64,000 bases of DNA from Bacteroidota bacterium (GTDB lineage: Bacteria; Bacteroidota; Bacteroidia; Bacteroidales; FEN-979). The notes beneath the pieces are model-generated. The model did not search any database. It had not been told where the DNA came from and worked only from the letters and a program-made list of their open reading frames with translations. This document shows, piece by piece, positions 35,627-44,736 of the stretch. The translations under genes and the position numbers were made by a program. Location of the stretch: positions 1,267 through 65,266 of the forward strand of contig JBAXBP010000001.1 in NCBI GenBank assembly GCA_037141915.1. The letters are read 5' to 3'. Each line of letters opens with the position of its first letter. Within the stretch, counting starts at the first letter, position 1.

Positions 35627-38600
35627 TTATTTTTCGGTAATGCTGATTACGAGGGCCGGTGATGTGGCCATTGTTTTAAGGTATGAGGCAGGGATGATGA
35701 CTGTTTTTTTTCCATCTTTACTTCTGATCTTTAATGTCTGCGGATGACCGGGCAGGCTGGCTTCAGAGGCTTTCCCGGCGAACCCGGCCGGCAGATCGAC
35801 TGATGCGGGGAGGGTTTCATTTTCGTTTGCCAGGAAAAACAGGTACCTGATTTTGCCATCCTTGCTCTGGGTGAAACAGATGTTGTCTTGCTGGTAAGGT
35901 GCAAGAGGACGGCTGTTGTAAATGGCCTCACCATTGACTTTCATCCATTCGCCAATCTGCTGCAGCCTGGCGTAAGCCTCAGGTGCGAATTCCCCGGTCT
36001 TGTCGGGGCCTATCCCCAGGAGCAGGTTACCGCCTTTGGCCACTATCTTTACAAGGGTACTGATGACCCAGTTGAGCGATTTATAATGTTCCCCCGAACC
36101 TGTATGATACCAGGAATCCCCGAGCGTGATGCAACTCTCCCATGGAAAAGCCGGCACATTCGAAGGGATCTGCTGTTCAGGAGTGCGGTAGTTTTCGAAC
36201 TCCCCGTGAACCGTGCGGTCCACGATGAGTATCCCGGGCTGGTTCTTCCTGGCCATCTTCGCTATGGAAGGCATGTCAACGTCCTGGATCCACAGGTGTT
36301 TCCCAAGCCATGGCTTTGTTTCTTCAGTGAGTGTATTCGCAGGTCTTACCTGTCCGCCGTCAAGCCAGAGGATATCGATCCTGCCGTATTCCCTGGTGAT
36401 CTCATCAATCTGGTTGAACGTGAATTTCTGAAAAGACTTCCATCGTTCAGGGTATTTTGCGGGATCGTAGTTCACATTCCTGTCAAGGGCCGGGAAATAG
36501 GGCCACCAGTAATCGGGGCAATGCCAGTCGGGCTTGCTGAAGTAAGCGCCTATCGCCAACCCCTCTTTGCGGAAGGCTGAAAAAACTTCTTTGACCACAT
36601 TACTTCTTGGGTTCTTTGAAAAAGCTGATGCGGGATCCGTGATACGGTAATCGGTGAATTTAGTGTCGAACATGCAAAAACCGTCGTGGTGCTTGGTAGT
36701 GAATACCACGTATTTCATTCCCGCGTCATGCGCGGCTTTCGCCCAATGCTCAGGATTGAATTTACCGGGGTAGAATGTCTTGCGGATATCTTCATAAGCC
36801 TTTTTATAAGTAAACCAGTCGTCGGAGTAAGGACCGCGCCTCTGGCACCATCCCTCGTCTTCGGGGCAAAGGCTCCAGCTTTCCACTACTCCCCATTCGC
36901 TGTATGCGCCCCAGTGGATCAGGATGCCGAATTTCCAGTCCTGCCATGTCTTTAAGTTCCGGCTGACCAGTGAATCCTTGGGCCAGTCATACGGAGGTTC
37001 GGCATTGGCGGGAGGTTCAGCAGTGTAACGGATGCGCTTGTTGAATTTTTCCTCTCCGTTTACAAGCACTTTCAGGTAGAACCTGCCCGAAGGATACCGG
37101 CGAAGATCATAGGTGAACATGCCTTCTTTGAGTTTAGGGTAAAGGTGTTCTTCTACAACAGTTGCCCCCGGGTCGCTTACAAGCCGAACCGTGACATCTT
37201 CTTTTTTGTTCGCAAAATAATCAAGTGTGGTGAAATCCTTGGTCCTCGTGGGATAGAGGCCTATGGAACAGGCATTCCTGTCCACCGTGTCAGGATGATG
37301 CCCGGCTGTGAAGTTATACACCCAACCTGATCCGCAGTCAGATTCAAACGACTTGATAAGTTCGCCTCTGCAGTTCAGCAGCCGGGCAATCCCGCGCCCT
37401 CCCTCTTTGTTATTCCAGAACTCCAGCCCATCGCCGGCTGTGTCGCTCAGTATCAGGAGGTAAGGACCGGGTGCCAGTCTCAGCGTATCCCGGTACTCAG
37501 TCTTTTCAGTTAAGGAGCCCAATTTTCTTTCCTTGACGATCTTCCCGCCGGCCGACTGGATCTTCCAGGAATTATGTGAGGGCTCATTATTGGTGAGCAG
37601 GTAAAACAAAAGTGCAGTGTCAAGAACGGGGGCAGGGATGAAAGCTGTTTTAAGGCTGTTATCGGCAGGATACTCGTCATCATTTCCATTGGGTTTTGAA
37701 AGGCTGACTTCAAAGCTGTTGGAACCCGGCTTTGAATCAATGTTCCCCGGGAGGTAGACGTTTTCACTTCTCATGGATTCAAGTTTTCCTGTCCATTTGA
37801 ATTCCCTGGAAGGAAAGCCTGTTGTTCCATACTTTATGATGCAGTTTTCAAGCCTCAGGCTGCCGGAGTTCCGTATTATTATAGCCGGGTTGGCCGACCT
37901 GGGGTTGGCCCTGGAATAGATGCATTTGGAAGACGGGGCCCTCACATCATCAACTGAAATATCCATTTCAGCCTGAGGTTTTTTGTACTGGACAAGGTAA
38001 GCGCTGATCACTTCGTTTGCACTTGGTTTGGGGGAAACATAAGACTGCATTTTAAAGACGAGGGTATGGGATGATCCCGGGATTACAGCAATGTCGTAAA
38101 TGTCGGGTTGAACCAGGTCGCCGGGGCACCACCCGCCGCGGTCATAGATCCAGGTCCCGGCCTGGGGATATAAGGGGTTTTCACCGCATTTTTTCCAAAT
38201 CGCCCTTGAATCGGCCATTTGACCGTCATACCATATTTCCCGTGTTTTTTTGCAGAATTCCCCGCAACCGTCGGGCTCATCCATCCCATGTCCGGTTTGA
38301 ATGACCCTAAGCCTGGCAAACGACGCTCCCTCATCCACAGTAAATGAAACAGGAATTAATTTCTGAGTTATAGGTTTAAGGCTGTCGCCATATTCAAAAT
38401 GATCATCATATATTTTGCTGATTGAAATTGCTTCGGTGGCAGGCTTCCCTTTGATTATCTCAAAATCGATTGTGATGGCCCAGCCCCTGTCGTTCGCAGG
38501 TTCATAGCCTGAATGGTTGTAATTGATCTCGACGCTGTCGCGCAGCAGCAGGCTGAAATCGGTAACATCCACCTCCCATTCAAAATGCCAGTTCTTTCCG

Positions 38601-38944
38601 AAAGCTCCTCCATAGGGCGTAAGCATGCGGCCTATCTCGTAATCCTGAAGACTGCCGTGAATGCCTCCCTGCCTGAGAATGCTGATACGGTCGGAATAGT
38701 CCCAGTCGGCGCAGCGCATGGTGTCGGGGCAGGCGAAATTAACATGCATGATAATTTTACGGACAGGCTCGGTTGGTTTTGGAAAAACACCCCAGCGGAT
38801 ATAATCCTTGTTGCCTTTCGAGGGGTCGGTAACAACGGTTGTTTTATGATGCGTGATCACATGGATGGTGTCAGCCGGAATGGCCCGGACAGGGGAATTG
38901 AACACAAAGCAGCTAATGATGAACAGAAAAATGGCAGGTTTCAT
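35627..38944 (-). CDS. Fusion of a PNGase F-like N-terminal region with a GH29 alpha-L-fucosidase catalytic domain
   Basis: GH29 region: WQDWKFGILIHWGAYSEWG..., AGMKYVVFTTKHHDGFCMFDT, GLAIGAYFSKPDWH. N-terminal ~330 aa: ...CADWDYSDRISILR...EIGRMLTPYGGAFG..., HGMDEPDGCGEFCKKTREIWYDG..., GGWCPGDLVQP, resembling peptide-N-glycosidase F domains. The stop lies 1 nt from the GH31 start. Confidence 0.7.
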   Translation of the reverse strand: MKPAIFLFIISCFVFNSPVRAIPADTIHVITHHKTTVVTDPSKGNKDYIRWGVFPKPTEPVRKIIMHVNFACPDTMRCADWDYSDRISILRQGGIHGSLQDYEIGRMLTPYGGAFGKNWHFEWEVDVTDFSLLLRDSVEINYNHSGYEPANDRGWAITIDFEIIKGKPATEAISISKIYDDHFEYGDSLKPITQKLIPVSFTVDEGASFARLRVIQTGHGMDEPDGCGEFCKKTREIWYDGQMADSRAIWKKCGENPLYPQAGTWIYDRGGWCPGDLVQPDIYDIAVIPGSSHTLVFKMQSYVSPKPSANEVISAYLVQYKKPQAEMDISVDDVRAPSSKCIYSRANPRSANPAIIIRNSGSLRLENCIIKYGTTGFPSREFKWTGKLESMRSENVYLPGNIDSKPGSNSFEVSLSKPNGNDDEYPADNSLKTAFIPAPVLDTALLFYLLTNNEPSHNSWKIQSAGGKIVKERKLGSLTEKTEYRDTLRLAPGPYLLILSDTAGDGLEFWNNKEGGRGIARLLNCRGELIKSFESDCGSGWVYNFTAGHHPDTVDRNACSIGLYPTRTKDFTTLDYFANKKEDVTVRLVSDPGATVVEEHLYPKLKEGMFTYDLRRYPSGRFYLKVLVNGEEKFNKRIRYTAEPPANAEPPYDWPKDSLVSRNLKTWQDWKFGILIHWGAYSEWGVVESWSLCPEDEGWCQRRGPYSDDWFTYKKAYEDIRKTFYPGKFNPEHWAKAAHDAGMKYVVFTTKHHDGFCMFDTKFTDYRITDPASAFSKNPRSNVVKEVFSAFRKEGLAIGAYFSKPDWHCPDYWWPYFPALDRNVNYDPAKYPERWKSFQKFTFNQIDEITREYGRIDILWLDGGQVRPANTLTEETKPWLGKHLWIQDVDMPSIAKMARKNQPGILIVDRTVHGEFENYRTPEQQIPSNVPAFPWESCITLGDSWYHTGSGEHYKSLNWVISTLVKIVAKGGNLLLGIGPDKTGEFAPEAYARLQQIGEWMKVNGEAIYNSRPLAPYQQDNICFTQSKDGKIRYLFFLANENETLPASVDLPAGFAGKASEASLPGHPQTLKIRSKDGKKTVIIPASYLKTMATSPALVISITEK

Positions 38945-39075
38945 AAACAGAGATGTTATTTGTTTAGTTCAGTTCAATGCTTCATTTCATTATTTATCAC
39001 GGCCTGTCGGTTCATCGCGGTATTCATGCGGAAACAAGCTGTGTGGTTTGAGTGAGGCTCAAAACCGGGTATCAA

Positions 39076-40041
39076 TTAACCGTATTTTTTTATAAAATCG
39101 GAATAAGTGCTCTCAATCCCCTGGCGTAACTTGATTTTAGGAGTAAACCCCAGTTCAGTGAGCCGGGTGGTATCGAGAAGCTTTTTCGGGGTTCCGTCGG
39201 GTTTGGTATGATCAAAAATCAATGTCCCGCTGAATCCTACAATCTCCTTAATGAGAATTGCCAGTTCCTTAATGCTGATATCCCTGCCCCATCCTATATT
39301 AATAAACGGGGTCCCTTCATAGTTCTCCATGAGAAAAACCACGGCGGCGGCAAGATCATCAACGTGCATGAATTCACGAAGGGGTGAACCTGTGCCCCAG
39401 ATATTCACAAAGGCGGCACCGGAGATCCTGGCCTCGTGAAACTTCCTTATCAGGGCAGGCAGAACATGTGATGTTTGAAGATCGTAGTTGTCGTTCGGAC
39501 CGTAAAGGTTGGAAGGCATTGCCGAAATATATTTCGTGCCATATTGCAGGTTGTAATTTTCGCACATTTTCAGGCCGGCAATTTTTGCAATCGCATAAGG
39601 TTCGTTGGTGTATTCAAGGGGACCTGTAAGGAGATATTCTTCCTTAATTGGCTGAGGCGCATTTTTAGGATAGATACAAGAACTTCCCAGGTAAAGCAGT
39701 TTTTTAACCTGTGAAAGATAGGCGGTATGTATCACGTTATTCTGAATTTGGAGATTTTCATAAAGGAACTGTGCCCTGAGGGTGTTGTTTGCACTGATCC
39801 CGCCAACGATGGCAGCGGCATAAAAAACATAGTCGGGTTTTTCTTCTGTAAATAATGAAGTGCAGGCATGGAGATCAAGCAGGTCGATCCGGTGGTATTT
39901 CACAGATTCAAGCTTTTCAGGTACTTTCCGGTTAAAGGTCCCAACGATGTTCGTATACCCTTGTGACCGCAGATTGCGAAGGATTGCGCTGCCAACCATT
40001 CCGGCAGAACCTGCAATCAGGATTTTATCTGTCTTATTCAT
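39076..40041 (-). CDS. fcl: GDP-L-fucose synthase (GDP-4-keto-6-deoxymannose 3,5-epimerase/4-reductase)
   Basis: ILIAGSAGMVGSAILRNL (GxxGxxG), ...LYLGSSCIYPK..., ...YAIAKIAG... (the SYK triad of extended SDRs). 321 aa. Confidence 0.9.
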   Translation of the reverse strand: MNKTDKILIAGSAGMVGSAILRNLRSQGYTNIVGTFNRKVPEKLESVKYHRIDLLDLHACTSLFTEEKPDYVFYAAAIVGGISANNTLRAQFLYENLQIQNNVIHTAYLSQVKKLLYLGSSCIYPKNAPQPIKEEYLLTGPLEYTNEPYAIAKIAGLKMCENYNLQYGTKYISAMPSNLYGPNDNYDLQTSHVLPALIRKFHEARISGAAFVNIWGTGSPLREFMHVDDLAAAVVFLMENYEGTPFINIGWGRDISIKELAILIKEIVGFSGTLIFDHTKPDGTPKKLLDTTRLTELGFTPKIKLRQGIESTYSDFIKKYG

Positions 40042-40326
40042 TCAGTCGCTTAATTATGTTGTTGTGTTTTTGCAGTGGATTTAAAAACCAGATTGTTCAT
40101 GAAATAATTTTAAATTTGTTTAATAAGAGTTTCACCAATAAAAGTAAGTAAAAATGAAGAAGTATAGTGTAATTATTGCTGTATTATTCGTCAGTTTATT
40201 TGCATAGGCACGGTAAAACAAGGAAGATATTGAAAAGATGCAGGTTTTGCAGAAAGTATCGTTCATCATAAAGACCGCAAAACAATACTGCAATTAATCG
40301 TATCCGGAACGCAGCCGGACCAGTGA

Positions 40327-41589
40327 ATGCAAAACATTTTATTACATGTTCATCCATTGAAGGTCAGTGAGAAATCACTTACCTTTCACCGAACCTTCGG
40401 GCTGGGCGGCATAGCGGCCCTGCTGATCGCAGTACAGATTATTACCGGCATTCTGCTGAGGTTTTATTATATCCCTTCACCTGCCGGGGCGTACAACTCG
40501 GTTGTATTTCTTAAGCATCAGGTAGTTTTCGGGCAGTTTGTGCGCAACATACATTACTGGAGCGGGGTGTTCCTTTTAATGATAGCGTTTCTCCATTTTC
40601 TCAGGGTCTTCTTTACCGGTGCATACAGGGAGGGCCGCAGAGTTAACTGGTTGTTCGGATTGTTACTGTTAACAATAATCGTGCTTTCGAATTTTACGGG
40701 GTACCTGCTTCCCTGGGACCAGCTTGCATACTGGGCGATCACGGTAAGCACTAATATTATCGGGTATTTTCCTTTTTTTGGTGAAAGTCTGCGGATGACC
40801 ATAATCGGCGGCAAAGAGCTGAACGCTGATACCCTTCAGTCGTTTTTTGCAGTTCATTCGGCCCTGCTGCCTTTCATGCTCCTGGTGCTTGTTGTATATC
40901 ATTTCTGGAGGGTGAGGAAAAGCGGGGGTATCATGCTCCCTGCCGGGCAGGAAAAAGGAGAAATGCTTCCTGTCATGCCCAACCTGGTGTACAGGGAATT
41001 CATTGTGGCCCTGGTGCTGATGGCCGTCTTGTTCTTATCAGGGGCATTATTCAATGCGCCCCTTCTCGAAAAAGCAAACCCGGCATACAGCATGAACCCC
41101 ACAAAGGCCCCCTGGTACTTTGCCGGCGTGCAGGAATTGCTGATGCATTTCCATCCGTTCTTTGCAGCCTTCATCATTCCTTTGGGCGTCCTGGCCTTCA
41201 TGGCCTTGATCCCTTTTCTTAAATATGATCAGCCGCCATCAGGTCACTGGTTCATTTCTGACAAGGGAAAGAAATCGGCCAAAGCCACAGCTGTTTTTGC
41301 CGTTGCCGTGACCCTGGCCGGCATACTGTTTAACGCATATGTCCTTAATTTCGAGATCATGATGCCGGGGATACCGGCTTTCATCAGCAATGGAATAATC
41401 CCGCTCTGCATACTGTTTCTTTTAATGTTTGTTTATCACCGCTTCTATCATAAGCGTTTCAGGCTTTCCAAAGAAGAAAGGGTGCAGGCTGTATTTGTTT
41501 TCATCATTGTTGCCTTTATTGTTTTAACCCTGTGCGGGATATTTTTCAGGGGGAAGGACATGGCTCTGTGTTTTCCATGGAATGCATGA
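40327..41589 (+). CDS. Cytochrome b (fused b6 + subunit IV-like) of a Rieske/cytochrome b complex
   Basis: Helix-B His pair NIHYWSGVFLLMIAFLH (13 residues between the His). Helix-D pair FAVHSALLPFMLLVLVVYH (14 between, b6/Firmicute type). A PEWY-region analogue reads KAPWYF, and extra C-terminal TM helices follow. Confidence 0.85.
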   Translation: MQNILLHVHPLKVSEKSLTFHRTFGLGGIAALLIAVQIITGILLRFYYIPSPAGAYNSVVFLKHQVVFGQFVRNIHYWSGVFLLMIAFLHFLRVFFTGAYREGRRVNWLFGLLLLTIIVLSNFTGYLLPWDQLAYWAITVSTNIIGYFPFFGESLRMTIIGGKELNADTLQSFFAVHSALLPFMLLVLVVYHFWRVRKSGGIMLPAGQEKGEMLPVMPNLVYREFIVALVLMAVLFLSGALFNAPLLEKANPAYSMNPTKAPWYFAGVQELLMHFHPFFAAFIIPLGVLAFMALIPFLKYDQPPSGHWFISDKGKKSAKATAVFAVAVTLAGILFNAYVLNFEIMMPGIPAFISNGIIPLCILFLLMFVYHRFYHKRFRLSKEERVQAVFVFIIVAFIVLTLCGIFFRGKDMALCFPWNA

Positions 41590-41601
41590 GAAAGAACTAA
41601 G

Positions 41602-41636
41602 TAATGTACAATTTACCATGTACAATGTACAAATGA
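41602..41636. repeat. Tandem heptamers (CAATGTA-like, ~5 units) in the cytochrome b-Rieske spacer; shares an exact 18-mer with 12093..12110
   Basis: TAATGTA CAATTTA CCATGTA CAATGTA CAAATGA. The 18-mer ATGTACAATGTACAAATG is at 41618..41635. Confidence 0.9.
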
Positions 41637-41640
41637 AGAT

Positions 41641-42159
41641 ATGAATAGAAAAAACGGTTTACCGGAAACTGCAAACTCAGGAAAGTTCAGCCGTCGTGAT
41701 TTCTTCGGGATGGCGTGGAAGGGACTTGGTTTACTTGCCGGGCTCGAGGCTTTGGGGATGTTATCCGCATACGTTTTTTCAGGAAAGAATAAGCAGAATC
41801 CGTTATCGAAGCAGATGCAGGAAGCAGGATCTGTGAATTCATTTGCTCCCGGTTCGGTAACTGCGTTCATGGGAGGCAGGTTTTACCTGGCAAGGTTGCA
41901 GGACGGCGGATTTATCGCACTTTCACTGAGATGCACCCATCTTGGCTGTTCCATTTCCTGGGAGGAGAACAAAAAAAGATTTATCTGCCCCTGTCATTCA
42001 TCTGCCTTTGATATCAACGGTGAAGTGCTGAATCCGCCTGCTGCCAGGGCGCTAAGCTATTATCCTGTACTCATTGAGAACGGAATTGTGAAAGTGGATA
42101 TAGGGTCCCTTAAGGAAAGAAATTCATTCAGGAAAGACCAGCTGGTATACGCACAATGA
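41641..42159 (+). CDS. Rieske [2Fe-2S] protein with Tat signal
   Basis: Twin-arginine motif FSRRDFFGM. Cluster motifs CTHLGC and CPCHSSAF. Confidence 0.9.
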   Translation: MNRKNGLPETANSGKFSRRDFFGMAWKGLGLLAGLEALGMLSAYVFSGKNKQNPLSKQMQEAGSVNSFAPGSVTAFMGGRFYLARLQDGGFIALSLRCTHLGCSISWEENKKRFICPCHSSAFDINGEVLNPPAARALSYYPVLIENGIVKVDIGSLKERNSFRKDQLVYAQ

Positions 42160-44453
42160 TGGAAAGATCCTGGAAACTCACCGGATTTATTGCAACTGCG
42201 CTGATAGTGCTCAGTTTTCCGCTGTCGTTGTTGCTGAACAGGCATACGCGTGAACCGAAACAGGCTGCAGCAGTTTTCACGGGAGGACATGCCTGCATAG
42301 AATGCCACCAGAAAGAATTCCGTTTGTGGAAGGGTTCCGACCATGACAAGGCAATGAGCGTTGCTACAGACAGCAGCGTGCTCGGGAATTTCAATAATGA
42401 GGAATTCACATACAATGGTATTACTTCAAAGTTCTACAGAAAAGGCGGGAAGTTCTTTGTGTTTACCGAGGGAGTGGGAGGGAAGATGACCGAATTCGCG
42501 GTGACTCATACCTTTGGTGTCCACCCCTTGCAGCAATACCTTATTCCTTTTGAAAATGGCAGATACCAGTGCCTGCCCATTGCCTGGAATACCAGTGAAA
42601 AGAAATGGTTCCAGATGGCGGGGATGGTCTATAAGCCTGAAGACCTGAAGCCGGACAACTGGTTGTACTGGACCAACCAGGCCCAGAACTGGAACAGCAT
42701 GTGTGCCGAATGCCATTCGACCAACCTGCAGAAGAATTTTGATCTATCGACGAAATCATATAACACTACATGGAGTGATATCAATGTGAACTGCGAGGCC
42801 TGCCACGGTCCGGGCTCTGCACATATCGAATGGGCCCGGCTGCCTGAGATGGCAAGGCCCCAGGATAATAACACCGGGCTGGTTGTAAAAACAAGCAGGA
42901 TTCCCTCACGTATGTATGTTGAGTCCTGCGCTCCCTGCCATGCCCGGAGGAGTTCCCTTGGGCCTTATGATTTTGAACATCCTGATTTTTTAAGTAATGC
43001 CATTCCCCAGCTTCCGGTTGAATCGTATTATTATATTGACGGGCAGTTCAGGGATGAGGATTACGAGTACGGCTCGTTCACCCAGAGCAAAATGTACATG
43101 AAGGATGTGCGTTGCGGTGACTGCCACGACCCGCACAGCCTGAAAAGGAAATTCGAAGGTAATGCATTATGCACCCAATGCCACAGGGCCGATGAGTATG
43201 ATACATACAACCACCATTTTCATAAAGCAAAAGGTGAGACAGGTACTTCCTTTGTAAATAAAGAAGGCCGTAAACTGGGCCCGGGCGACGGGAATCTCTG
43301 CCGGGACTGCCATATGCCAGGGAGGTATTATATGGGTATCGACCGCAGGTATGACCACAGCCTGCGGATCCCGCGGCCTGATCTGTCTATTCAACTTGGG
43401 ACGCCAAATGCCTGCACCCGCTGCCATGATGACAAAACCGATCAATGGGCGGTTCAGAACGTGAATAAATGGTACGGGGAGAAGCGTAAACCACATTACG
43501 GAAGCATTCTTGCCAATGCTGCTGCAGGTAAAACGGGGGCTGATTCGGGATTGCTGAGGATCATCAACAGCAACCTGTATCCCGAAATCATAAGGGCAAC
43601 AGCCATAGGGTATTTGAGCGGCTACCCAAGCGTGAAGGCACAATCGGCAGTTCGAAAGGCCTGCGGGGATCCGGATCCTCTGCTGAGGTATACTGCAGTA
43701 GAGAATTTCCTGGCCGCCGATTCCGCTGAACTTTTTCGCATACTTTCACCGCTGCTGAATGATCCTGTGAAGGCAGTCCGCATGCAAACTGCCAACAGGC
43801 TATCCACATACAAAAAAGAAACCTTTAATGAGATCCAGTACCGCCTGTTCCTGAATGCCCTCGAGGAGTACCGGAAATCCCAGGAATACGTAGCTGATTT
43901 TCCTACCGGCCGGTATAATCTTGGCAATTATTATGCAAAGCTGAGGGATATGCCCAAAGCAGAGGAAAATTATCGTGAGGCCATTCATATCGATGATCTG
44001 TTTTACCCGGCTAAAGCAAATCTTGTACTAATCTATTATCAGCAGGGAAAGACCGATTCGGTGGTCAGGCTATGCAGGAACATGATCGCTTCGAATCCTG
44101 AACTGACCGATGGGTATTATTACTTGGCTTTGTTGTATGGTGAACAGAAGAATTACCCTCAAGCAATCGCTTTACTCGAAACCGCTTCGGTGAAAGCCCG
44201 CACCAACACACGTGTCCTGTATAACCTGGGACTTCTGTACCAGATGACCGGGCAAAATGAAAAATGTGTTGCAACTCTTATAAAAGGTCTTTCAACGGAT
44301 CCCTGCAATTTCGACATTCTGTATGCCCTTTATGCGTTCCATATGAACCGGAAAGAGAAGGTTAAAGCCGCACCATATGTAGAGAAATTAAAAACCTGCT
44401 TCCCTGTGGAGAAGCAGGTAATAAATCTTTACAATGAATTTAACAGGAGATAA
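42156..44453 (+). CDS. Octahaem c-type cytochrome fused to HEAT/TPR repeats
   Basis: N-terminal TM/signal. Eight CxxCH motifs (CIECH, CAECH, CEACH, CAPCH, CGDCH, CTQCH, CRDCH, CTRCH) in the first ~430 aa. The C-terminal ~330 aa are HEAT-like then TPR-like (...YNLGNYYAKLRDMPKAEENYREAIHIDD..., ...YYLALLYGEQKNYPQAIALLE...). The ATGA overlaps the Rieske stop. Confidence 0.85.
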   Translation: MMERSWKLTGFIATALIVLSFPLSLLLNRHTREPKQAAAVFTGGHACIECHQKEFRLWKGSDHDKAMSVATDSSVLGNFNNEEFTYNGITSKFYRKGGKFFVFTEGVGGKMTEFAVTHTFGVHPLQQYLIPFENGRYQCLPIAWNTSEKKWFQMAGMVYKPEDLKPDNWLYWTNQAQNWNSMCAECHSTNLQKNFDLSTKSYNTTWSDINVNCEACHGPGSAHIEWARLPEMARPQDNNTGLVVKTSRIPSRMYVESCAPCHARRSSLGPYDFEHPDFLSNAIPQLPVESYYYIDGQFRDEDYEYGSFTQSKMYMKDVRCGDCHDPHSLKRKFEGNALCTQCHRADEYDTYNHHFHKAKGETGTSFVNKEGRKLGPGDGNLCRDCHMPGRYYMGIDRRYDHSLRIPRPDLSIQLGTPNACTRCHDDKTDQWAVQNVNKWYGEKRKPHYGSILANAAAGKTGADSGLLRIINSNLYPEIIRATAIGYLSGYPSVKAQSAVRKACGDPDPLLRYTAVENFLAADSAELFRILSPLLNDPVKAVRMQTANRLSTYKKETFNEIQYRLFLNALEEYRKSQEYVADFPTGRYNLGNYYAKLRDMPKAEENYREAIHIDDLFYPAKANLVLIYYQQGKTDSVVRLCRNMIASNPELTDGYYYLALLYGEQKNYPQAIALLETASVKARTNTRVLYNLGLLYQMTGQNEKCVATLIKGLSTDPCNFDILYALYAFHMNRKEKVKAAPYVEKLKTCFPVEKQVINLYNEFNRR

Positions 44454-44454
44454 A

Positions 44455-44712
44455 TTATACCCTACTCGTAGACTTGTCTAAAAATTCTTTCATGTTTTCT
44501 GATATCCTGTTTGAATACAGGTAAAATGACCAGAGCACCCTTGCCTTCCTGACATTGCTTCCCCAATCCTGGTCCTGGTATGGGATGCCTGGAACAATGA
44601 TCACGTCATAAGGCGATTCCGCAAGAGCCTTATGGTAGGATCCGGGAGGAGAAGTGCAAGCAATAAGGAAGAGGCCAATGATACCCAAATGTGCAATCCT
44701 GGTTTTTCTCAT
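44455..44712 (-). pseudogene. Probable 3'-truncated YdcF/DUF218-family lipoprotein gene
   Basis: MRKTRIAHLGIIGLFLIACTSPP...YDVIIVPGIPYQDQDWGSNVRKARVLWSFYLY matches, from memory, the N-terminal third of Bacteroidota YdcF-like proteins (lipobox, then YD.IIVPG.P). The frame then diverges and stops after 85 codons, 1 nt from the stop of the convergent cytochrome gene. Confidence 0.4.
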
Positions 44713-44736
44713 ATTCAGGGGTTGATTGACAAAAGT

